DNA of 64,000 nucleotides from an uncultured Methanosarcinaceae archaeon (GTDB lineage Archaea; Halobacteriota; Methanosarcinia; Methanosarcinales; Methanosarcinaceae): NCBI GenBank assembly GCA_963727895.1, contig CAVSHT010000012.1, positions 288,001 to 352,000 of the forward strand, read 5' to 3'. Shown piece by piece: positions 55,833 to 64,000 of this stretch (position 1 is its first letter; each line of letters starts with the position of its first letter). The notes under the pieces were generated by a model. It saw only the letters and a program-made list of their open reading frames with translations, ran no database searches and was not told where the DNA came from. The position numbers and the translations under genes were made by a program.

Positions 55833-56272
55833 CTCGCAAGCTCCTCTTCAATAACTTTTTCCAGGTCTGAAGTTTTAAGCCTGCCTTTTGTTTTTCTTGT
55901 TTCTGTTACAGATTCTTTTGCATCTAGTTCATCAAGTGCAGCCCCAATAGCAGGCAGCATCTGCACTTCTTCCCTCAAAAAATGGAATCCTGGTCTTGGA
56001 CCTCCACCTCTACTTGCACGGCAGCGTCTTTCATCACCAGGAGGAAATCCCCTATCTTTTACAAAAATATGATTTTTATCCAGCTGCCGGATATTTTCGA
56101 CCACTGTCTGTACATCGTCTTTAGCCCCAGATACAATAAGCCCAAAACATGTTTCCTTTACCGTAACTGGAAACTCGGACTCATAGATCTTCATAGCTGC
56201 ATCTGAAGGCAGCACTTTATCCGAACTGATTACAATGTACTTTGTAACCTCTTCTTTTTTCGTTTCAGTCAT
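55829..56272 (-). CDS. Methanogenesis marker protein 6
   Basis: KETCFG, IFVKDRGFPPGDERRCRA..GGPRPGFH. Confidence 0.9.
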   Translation of the reverse strand: MTETKKEEVTKYIVISSDKVLPSDAAMKIYESEFPVTVKETCFGLIVSGAKDDVQTVVENIRQLDKNHIFVKDRGFPPGDERRCRASRGGGPRPGFHFLREEVQMLPAIGAALDELDAKESVTETRKTKGRLKTSDLEKVIEEELAR

Positions 56273-56462
56273 ATTTCGTCTCTCCTTAGCCTGGGAGACT
56301 TCACCTTAGATAAATCAATATGTGTGAATCCGTCCAAGTATTTGAATCAATTAAAGTACTGTACTTACTTAGTAATATAACAGTGATATTACTTTTTTAA
56401 TATATTAAAATTAATATATATATACATCGTTATCAAATTGTTCCTGGTATTTACAATTAGGT

Positions 56463-58019
56463 TCATTCGCGTACAATTTCAGTTACGTATATAGCATCTC
56501 CTTCTTTAATACCATGGAGTTTTTCAGGATTTATTATCCGGCCGACAATATTAGTTGAGGAAAATTTTTCTCCGGTTGGACCAAAAAGTTCGTCGTCTCC
56601 AAGTCTCACACCTATAGTTCCCATTCTCTTTGCCGCCTGGTTCGTAATCCCGATTTCTCCGCCAAGTACCTTATCCGTGGGTGCATTTTCTGGAAGAATT
56701 TCCTTATATTTCACGACTTCTTTTTCAGTTTTAAAAAGGTAAGTATCGTCATATATCATATAAACAGGCAATTTCCCAACGGTTTTCGTCTTAAGTTCAA
56801 GACCGTGGCGGAAAAAGTTCACAGATTTGGGAGCTTTTTCAGGATAAAGCTCGATTTCAATAATTTTTGCTTTGGGTACCGCATATGCAGTTACTTTTGC
56901 ATCTCCAAGAATTTCAAGGGTCGTTGGCGGATCCTGCCTGACAATTATCGCGTCTTCACCAGTATATCCGTCTTTTACCAGTTCAATTCCTATGGACGAA
57001 AGTACAGGTTCTACTTCCTCAAAACTATGCCCCAGAAGAACTATCTGGGGAGGAAGGCTTTCAATAGCAAGTTTCTGTCCTTCTTCTGCTAACTTGACAA
57101 GTTCAAGCCCCTTCGTCACTTGTCCTACTACCGAATGCACAAGGCTTGAAGGACGATCTTCTTTTGAAATATAAGCTCTGCCCAACCCATATCCAATTGT
57201 TCGGACAGAAATTACACCTTCTTTCCTTGGCTCAAAATTTTCGTAAGGAACGGGTTCTCCTTTCAAATTATCATCTGAAACAAAGGAACTGGTAGTAACG
57301 TCTACATTGAGAGTTCCCTCACGGGTCAATGCATAGAAATGTTCTGCCCCTTTGGGAGCATTCCTGAATAGTTCTACTTCAAAATAAGTAAATATCTTGT
57401 TTCCGTCTTCGAGTGGAATAGAAAGATCAGTTGTACAGGTTTTTTCTGAAATTTGTTCCCATTCTATAATTGGCTCGATACCAAGAATGGAATCATCTAT
57501 GGAAAGACTGGATAAAATATTTTTCCCGGCCACAACTTCTGCAAAAATTCCATCTTCAGGAATCCCATATTCTGCAGTATGTCTCTTAAATGAGAAAATC
57601 AGATGAGTATTGTGAGGATCAAATCCTCCTGCTCCAAACATTACCTCAAAAGCTTCAAAACTCCTTGTCTCACGAGAAGGTTTAATTTCAGCTTCAAAAG
57701 GCCCGAAAGCCAGGGCTTCAGGACTTGTCCAATGAACAGTTTTTCCTTCATATTCTTTAAAGTGTTCAACCCATAATTTTCCTGAAGGAGATTCAGGATC
57801 TTTAATTTCTATCCTGAATTCTCCTCTGGGAGTATTGATAGCGTATTCGGTGATTGCTTCTGTCTTTTCTTCGGCGAGTTCTTTCAGAATTCCGACCGCT
57901 GTACCGGTTATATAGGGGGCTCTGGAAACCTTGAGAGCGTCTTCAAGGGTAGAGCCTACAGGTAAAGTATATTTTTGCCCGTTCACCTCTACGCTGATCT
58001 TATTACTCGTAATAGGCAC
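56463..58019 (-). CDS. Methanogenesis marker protein 3 (UPF0288)
   Basis: GITNQA..GTIGVRL..FGPTGEKF..TNIVG; downstream of atwA. Confidence 0.88.
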   Translation of the reverse strand: MPITSNKISVEVNGQKYTLPVGSTLEDALKVSRAPYITGTAVGILKELAEEKTEAITEYAINTPRGEFRIEIKDPESPSGKLWVEHFKEYEGKTVHWTSPEALAFGPFEAEIKPSRETRSFEAFEVMFGAGGFDPHNTHLIFSFKRHTAEYGIPEDGIFAEVVAGKNILSSLSIDDSILGIEPIIEWEQISEKTCTTDLSIPLEDGNKIFTYFEVELFRNAPKGAEHFYALTREGTLNVDVTTSSFVSDDNLKGEPVPYENFEPRKEGVISVRTIGYGLGRAYISKEDRPSSLVHSVVGQVTKGLELVKLAEEGQKLAIESLPPQIVLLGHSFEEVEPVLSSIGIELVKDGYTGEDAIIVRQDPPTTLEILGDAKVTAYAVPKAKIIEIELYPEKAPKSVNFFRHGLELKTKTVGKLPVYMIYDDTYLFKTEKEVVKYKEILPENAPTDKVLGGEIGITNQAAKRMGTIGVRLGDDELFGPTGEKFSSTNIVGRIINPEKLHGIKEGDAIYVTEIVRE

Positions 58020-58066
58020 CTCATTTTAGTATTATTTTATACTAAGAGGTGGGAGCATATTTATAT

Positions 58067-59674
58067 TTATTCTGTAGCTTGGATCTTCTCTTCTTCAGTA
58101 AGTTGAGCTAGTATTTTTTTAGGTTCACCTATGTCTACAATCTTCCCGTTACGCATAAGTGCGACACGATCACATATTTCAGTTACGAAATCGAGATCGT
58201 GAGAAACTACAACAAACGTTTCACCTATATCTTCTCTAGCTTTAAGAATAGAATTTGTCACCGATACTTTGGTGATAGGATCCATAGTCCCAGTTGGTTC
58301 ATCCATAATGACGATTCTCGGTTCCTTGATAAGAACCTGTGCAAGTGCAATTCTATGCCGTTCCCCTTCACTCAGTTCATCAGTCATTTTAGGTAAAATA
58401 GCTTTTGCCGTATTTTCCTCAAAGCCTGAAGCTTTAAGAGTAATTACGGCTTTTCTAACCCCGAGTTCAAAGGGAAGATCAAGACTAATAGATTCTGTAA
58501 GGTTATCAATTACTGAGCTATGAGTGTAAAGGCCATATTCCTGGTGAAGGAATCCCATATATTTAGTCGCTCTACCTTTATTTTCCACTCCTAACTTAGT
58601 CATGTCAACCCATTCATCCCCAACGCGAACCTCAACTTCTCCGGATGTTGGAGGTAAGATTCCCATAAGAATTTTTGAAGTTGTAGTTTTTCCAGCTCCG
58701 CTTACTCCCACAAGTCCAAAAATTTCTCCTTCTTTTACATCAAAAGATATACCATCTATAGCCCTTACCACGCCCCGATCAACTGAAATATAACGTTTTG
58801 CGAGATCTTTTACCCTGATAATAGGCTCCCCAACCATGACATTCTTTTCTTGCCTCACTAAAGATACATTTTGCATAAAAGTTGAAGAAACCTCAAGTGG
58901 ATTCCCTTCCTTAACTATCTCCCCATTTTCAAGCAAAATGACCTTGTTCGCCAGTTGCTCAATAACCTCAGGCCAGTGTGAAGTCAGAATCATGGTCATG
59001 TTATAGTTCTTGACTGCCCTAATCATAGCATCATGAACAAGCTTTGCATTCATGGGGTCAAGAGTACCTGTAGGCTCATCAGCTAACAGGAGCAAAGGAT
59101 TTCTAACAAGCTGTCTTGCAAGTACAACTCTCTGTTTTTCCCCACCCGAAAGTTCTCTTGCAACATGCATCATGCGGTGACTCAAGTTTACTTCTTCCAG
59201 CAGTTCGACAGCTTTTTGCATGGAATCTTTTCCTGTATATCCGATTTCAGTCAAAGAATTAATAACATTTACAATAACTCGTTCATCACCATAAAGAGCA
59301 AAAGTGCGCTGAAGCATGATAGCAATTTTTTTGGTGATATCTCTTCTTATAGGATCATAAAGGGAAAGTTTTACAAAATCCACTTCAAACGCTTCTAATG
59401 TATCTCCACAGATAGGACATTTCTGACCAGTTTTACTGGGGAGCTCTATGTATCCACATTTTGAACAACGGGATAAATGATATATGACCTCACCTGAGAT
59501 CTTTTCAAAAGATTCTGTGCCGCGCAGAACGTGCATCAGGATTGTCTTTCCGGATCCGCTTTTGCCGAGAATCCCAACGATATCTCCTCCGTTAATACTT
59601 AAACTTACGTTTTTCAGGGCTTTGTGACCGTCAAAATCTACGGTCAGGTTTTTGACTTCAATAAATACTGGCAT
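58067..59674 (-). CDS. atwA: Methyl-coenzyme M reductase system component A2
   Basis: Two ABC cassettes, CxxC...CxxC zinc insert, [17 protein letters not shown]. Confidence 0.93.
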   Translation of the reverse strand: MPVFIEVKNLTVDFDGHKALKNVSLSINGGDIVGILGKSGSGKTILMHVLRGTESFEKISGEVIYHLSRCSKCGYIELPSKTGQKCPICGDTLEAFEVDFVKLSLYDPIRRDITKKIAIMLQRTFALYGDERVIVNVINSLTEIGYTGKDSMQKAVELLEEVNLSHRMMHVARELSGGEKQRVVLARQLVRNPLLLLADEPTGTLDPMNAKLVHDAMIRAVKNYNMTMILTSHWPEVIEQLANKVILLENGEIVKEGNPLEVSSTFMQNVSLVRQEKNVMVGEPIIRVKDLAKRYISVDRGVVRAIDGISFDVKEGEIFGLVGVSGAGKTTTSKILMGILPPTSGEVEVRVGDEWVDMTKLGVENKGRATKYMGFLHQEYGLYTHSSVIDNLTESISLDLPFELGVRKAVITLKASGFEENTAKAILPKMTDELSEGERHRIALAQVLIKEPRIVIMDEPTGTMDPITKVSVTNSILKAREDIGETFVVVSHDLDFVTEICDRVALMRNGKIVDIGEPKKILAQLTEEEKIQATE

Positions 59675-60025
59675 GGATTTTCCTCCGCAATTATGAGCTG
59701 CAAAACATTCTGGTGGTTTTTACCCACCTAAAATATAGTTCAATAATGAAAAACACTTACTACAACTGAACAATACATTAATACAAGCAAAGAATTTCGC
59801 ACATTTGGGCAACAACTACATAAGATTAAAGGTTACATAAATCTAACGCATTATTTTTTCACTGTTAACATTCAAAGTAGCATTTAAAGTCAAGTTAATC
59901 TGATGAATTTGCCTAATCAGCAATTTAATTTCGTGTAATTATACTGGCTCTTGAAATATATCTATTCATCTTAATATGTTGATCAGTTGGCAACATGAGC
60001 TCATTAATATATAATTTCTTATATG

Positions 60026-60826
60026 TTACAGAGCTTTTACCACATCCACAACTTTTATTATATTGTCAATTACCACGTCTGCCGCTTCTCTGAGTTTCTC
60101 AGGTCTTTTGTCCCCCTGTTGAGTGGTCATTATTCCTACGTCTGCTGCTCTAAATGCCAATATATCGTTGATCCCATCTCCTACCATTACTACTTTTCCA
60201 TACTTTTGTTGTAGTTCACGCACTATTTTTTCCTTCATAAAAGTATTTGATAAAGCAAAGACCCGTTCCTGAGGAATATTTACGTAATCAGCCAATTGCA
60301 CGAGAGCTAATAAACTATCTCCAGAAGCAATGTAGGTATCTACTTCCATGGCATGAAGAGTCTGAACGGTTTGTAATGTGGTACTAAATACTTGCCCGCC
60401 TGTGCTAAGTACATAAGGTATGCTTCGGGCTTCAGAATCAACTATCAGGCCTGCTGCAATATGAAAAATATTTGGACATCGAATTGCAACCGTTTCCAAT
60501 ACATCATGTACATCACCCATACTAGGAGCTATTTCCCTTATAATTTCACATGCAATATCCGATGTAAATTTTCCTTTTGAACAGCTTATACCTATAGGGA
60601 CTCTATACTCTTTTATAAAATCAGATAAAAGCATATCTCTTCTTGAATGCAGTATGATGTCACTTTCGACATTTAGAACTACAAGCCCGCATCCATTCTT
60701 TTGTGCAACAATGGCAGTGCTCTCGATGTTTTCAAGGATATTCCCAGTGCTGACTTCCTTTGCAACTCTATACATATGCAGGAGAGTTCCGGCGCTGTCA
60801 AAGACCACTGCAATTCTTTTGGACAT
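60026..60826 (-). CDS. HAD family hydrolase (soluble P-type ATPase-like)
   Basis: VFDSAGTL, IASGD, MVGDGIND. Confidence 0.87.
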   Translation of the reverse strand: MSKRIAVVFDSAGTLLHMYRVAKEVSTGNILENIESTAIVAQKNGCGLVVLNVESDIILHSRRDMLLSDFIKEYRVPIGISCSKGKFTSDIACEIIREIAPSMGDVHDVLETVAIRCPNIFHIAAGLIVDSEARSIPYVLSTGGQVFSTTLQTVQTLHAMEVDTYIASGDSLLALVQLADYVNIPQERVFALSNTFMKEKIVRELQQKYGKVVMVGDGINDILAFRAADVGIMTTQQGDKRPEKLREAADVVIDNIIKVVDVVKAL

Positions 60827-60918
60827 ACAAAGTGATTAAGCTTTAAGATAAAAAATCTTTGCAAAAATTAGGAAATACAAAAGAGATTTTATAAAAAAGA
60901 TGTGAAGAAAATATTACT

Positions 60919-61812
60919 TCACACAATTGAAGCCCCTGAAAACAGGACACCAACAAGAAATCCCAGGATTACTCCAGAGTTCAAGAAAGGAAGTCCTGCC
61001 TGTGGTTTTCCTTTCATTACCAGAATAGAAAGTACTGCATGTCCTGCAAGGGTGCCTAAAATAGCACCAATAACTGGATAGGAAATTCCATTACTTTTTA
61101 GGAAAGCGTTTGCTGAAACTACCAGCAGAGTAGGCATAACTGCATCTCCAAGGCCCATAAAAAAAGCTTCATGCTGTTCTCCCGACTTGAAGTCTTCCTT
61201 CAAGAAAGAATAGTTTAAATGTTTCGGGATCACGAATAGAATTGGAAGCTTTAGATCCATTATTCCTTCAGCCATAGACACCATATGCTTTGTTTTGTAT
61301 ACCGAGATAGCATCGTATATTGCAAGGAGCAGTAGGAGTACTATTGTGGGAACGATTGAAAGAGAAATTCCTATCAGGGCACTGACTCCAGCTGAAATAC
61401 AAACTCCCACAATGTCAACTATGTACCATTCTGGATATTTGTAAAGCAGCGCTGTTATTCCTATAGATATCACAATTGAAGCAATGGCTTCAAATCCTGA
61501 AAGGAATGGAATAAGGGTAAACAGAGCAAAGAACACATAATATAGAGTGCTTAGTATAGCGAAGTAAATGGAGAGGCTGATTATCCATTTCATGTTCTTC
61601 TTTAGTGCCACGAGAACAAGTAGGGTAAAACCCAGTGTTATTACAATATAATATATTGAATTGGACACCTGACTGGGGTCCTCAAAAGTCTGCATATGAT
61701 TAACTTCCATAGGGGGGGACAAAAAAAGTGCGAGAATCTGCACTATTATAATAAGTCCTCCCATGGATAAAATGGGTATATAATCCTTAATTGATTGTTC
61801 ACTGGAACTCAA
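60919..61812 (-). CDS. Presenilin-family intramembrane aspartyl protease
   Basis: YDAISV..TKHM, MGLGD, PQAGLPFLN. Confidence 0.92.
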   Translation of the reverse strand: MSSSEQSIKDYIPILSMGGLIIIVQILALFLSPPMEVNHMQTFEDPSQVSNSIYYIVITLGFTLLVLVALKKNMKWIISLSIYFAILSTLYYVFFALFTLIPFLSGFEAIASIVISIGITALLYKYPEWYIVDIVGVCISAGVSALIGISLSIVPTIVLLLLLAIYDAISVYKTKHMVSMAEGIMDLKLPILFVIPKHLNYSFLKEDFKSGEQHEAFFMGLGDAVMPTLLVVSANAFLKSNGISYPVIGAILGTLAGHAVLSILVMKGKPQAGLPFLNSGVILGFLVGVLFSGASIV

Positions 61813-62257
61813 GTGCTAAACTCCTTAATTATTGAAAGTATGCTTAATTTATTCATATTTTTAATGTACACTCTTTTTAATGTACTCTTATCTTCAATTA
61901 CTCTAGACTGTCTTTCCTCTAGACTGCTGATATAATAACTTTACCTAGAGAACACTTTCGCTTCTTTGTACATTTCAACGTGAGGAATTTTCCACAACAC
62001 ATTTCTCATATATCCCAGTGATACATGTTTCTTTGAAGAAACAATAATGAAAAGTAGCGAGATATTATCATAAATAAATAGCTTGCGAAAAAAATTATAT
62101 AATACATCTGATTAAAAACTAAACAAAATAGAAAAGAGTAAAAATAGAAAAGCAGTAAATACTTTAATTGAGGTGTCTCTGCTTATAACTTTAAAATATG
62201 GATATAAAAAAATACTCTTGTATGCGGAAAATTTCATAGGTATGTTAGAGGTATACA

Positions 62258-62581
62258 ATGGAAACTAGAGATACAATATTTCTTGTTGTGATGGTTCTGT
62301 CATCTTTCCTTCTATCCTTTGAATGGCTTAGGAGGTTTGAGTACACTTCCACGAACCCACTAATCATTCTTTCAGTAATGATTCTGGTCGGAACGCTTTC
62401 TGTTATGATTATTTCTATTAATAATAAACTTCAAGAACTCGAAGATAAAATGGAGGCAAAAGACAGAACCCTCAAAGTCAACATGGAGAACACCGAAACA
62501 AAAATTGAAGAAAGGATGAATGAGCTCTCAAGCAAAGTTGATAATGCGATTTATGAGTTCAACCGCAGGAAATATCACTAA
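62258..62581 (+). CDS. Hypothetical membrane protein (two TM segments plus coiled coil)
   Basis: GAGGT RBS; hydrophobic N-terminal half, charged C-terminal half. Confidence 0.7.
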   Translation: METRDTIFLVVMVLSSFLLSFEWLRRFEYTSTNPLIILSVMILVGTLSVMIISINNKLQELEDKMEAKDRTLKVNMENTETKIEERMNELSSKVDNAIYEFNRRKYH

Positions 62582-62860
62582 ATATATACAAATACGTTTT
62601 ATAAAAATAGGAACCATCACTTTGGAAGTCTGTTTAAAAGTTTTCCTTTAGGTTTCTTGATCTCGAAATATTTAAGTGCAAGTATGAAAGGGTTGAGTCA
62701 TTTTCATTTCATGAAAACTAATAATTGAGAGAAATAAAACCTCTAGATCTGCTAAAACGATTAATTTTACTTCTTTTACTTCCTTATAGCCATCGTAACC
62801 GATGTTTTTCTTTTTAGAAAGAAAAATATAATTCCAGAATAAACAAAAATATAAAAACTC

Positions 62861-63601
62861 TTAAAGCTCAAAAACCTGCCCATCGTATCCAAGAGGCAAA
62901 AATAAGGCTTCAATAGGATGGGGACGAAATAGATGACTGAGATGGATCAAAGCTACTTCTTTTGCATTGAGTTGTTTTGCAAGTGCCATGGCCTCCTCTG
63001 AATTCATATGTTTTTTGATATGAATATTGGGCGGCACGATAGCATCGGCAATAAGAAGGTCAGGATTTTCCATCAGCTCCATACTGGCTTTGGGAATCTC
63101 CAGGTTAGTGTCTCCTGTGATCACTACTTTTTTATCGCCTTGACGGAGTATAACCCCCGTAGGAACCTCCACAGGAGGGTGGTTGACCTTAAAAAGAGTG
63201 AACTGCAGTCCTATTAGCTCAAAAGGTTCATAGAGCTTTACATAATGATACCTGGGTTTGAGGAAGGAGACGTAACGGTCTATGTAATCAAGATTTTCCT
63301 GAACCCCATAGACATCAACCTTATCTTGAACCCTGTAGAACTCTCCGAATCCTGCGTAATGATCGTAATGCCCATGTGTCCAGATAACTCCATCTACACA
63401 GGACAGGTTTTGTTTGAGAAATTGCTGTCTGAGATCAGGACTGGTGTCAATAAGAATCTTACCTTGATCGGACTCTACAAGAATAGAAAAACGAAAACGC
63501 TGGCTTTTACCACCATGTCGAGCATCTTCACAGGCAGGGCAATTACATCCTATTTTAGGAGTTCCAACAGCGTCACCGGTTCCAAGCAATGTTAACCTCA
63601 T
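62861..63601 (-). CDS. MBL-fold metallo-hydrolase (PhnP-like)
   Basis: LGTG..P.IGCNCPAC, IDTSPD, THGHYDH, HLSH. Confidence 0.9.
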   Translation of the reverse strand: MRLTLLGTGDAVGTPKIGCNCPACEDARHGGKSQRFRFSILVESDQGKILIDTSPDLRQQFLKQNLSCVDGVIWTHGHYDHYAGFGEFYRVQDKVDVYGVQENLDYIDRYVSFLKPRYHYVKLYEPFELIGLQFTLFKVNHPPVEVPTGVILRQGDKKVVITGDTNLEIPKASMELMENPDLLIADAIVPPNIHIKKHMNSEEAMALAKQLNAKEVALIHLSHLFRPHPIEALFLPLGYDGQVFEL

Positions 63602-63602
63602 A

Positions 63603-64000
63603 TTACTTCTTCCTATCGTATTCTTCGGACTTGAGACCAGCTCTTTCATTAAAAGAATCTACAGCATTCAGCAGGTCCTGATGGGTAAGTATTTTACGCT
63701 CTTCGAGAAGAGCACTAAGAACAGCTTCCCTTATAACTACGCGCAGGTCCGAACCTGAATATCCGTCTGTCAATTCTGCAATTTCTTTAGTATCAAAATT
63801 TCCTTCAATGTGCCGGGTTACGATATCCAGAATATCTGTTCTCATTTCAAGGTCAGGTAGAGGAAAATGAACAATCTCGTCAAAACGTCTCCAAGCTGCA
63901 CTGTCAAGCATGCGGGGGTGATTAGTCGCGGCAATAAGAAGAACTCCATGATCCACAAGGCTGATTTCGTCTATGGCTTTGAGCAGGGTATTTACTGCCC
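63603..64000 (-). CDS. AAA+ ATPase, C-terminal part (truncated by the window edge)
   Basis: IAATNHPRMLDSAAWRRFD, GYSGSDL. Confidence 0.88.
   Translation of the reverse strand, partial: AVNTLLKAIDEISLVDHGVLLIAATNHPRMLDSAAWRRFDEIVHFPLPDLEMRTDILDIVTRHIEGNFDTKEIAELTDGYSGSDLRVVIREAVLSALLEERKILTHQDLLNAVDSFNERAGLKSEEYDRKK

Noticed and set aside
1..64000. Pyrrolysine (TAG) readthrough as the cause of split genes
   Set aside because: The breaks I inspected are frameshifts, TAA or TGA, not in-frame TAG, and no methylamine methyltransferase genes are present

Overview
AT-rich chromosomal window from a Methanosarcina-like methanogenic archaeon. Core content: the methanogenesis-marker cluster (atwA/component A2, mmp3, 6, 5, 15, 17, 7), SRP RNA, tRNA-Ser(GCT), lysS, purB, GGGP synthase, rpl40e, eIF5A, agmatinase, sufC-sufB (SMS-type) and an aldehyde ferredoxin oxidoreductase. 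Accessory content: five IS1-family copies that all carry lesions, a small MITE-like family, and several frameshifted genes, some probably homopolymer sequencing errors. The most striking feature is absent from the ORF track: a minus-strand array at 23742-24674 of five 28-32 aa Cys/aromatic-rich peptide genes with a ~200 bp period. Each has a GGGGGA ribosome-binding site, they are separated by a structurally conserved RNA hairpin, and a terminator closes the array. It lies head-to-head with a COG1361-like surface protein plus MacB/FtsX-type ABC transporter operon. This is a candidate secreted-peptide (archaeocin, signal, RiPP or metal-binding) system; its function is inference only.
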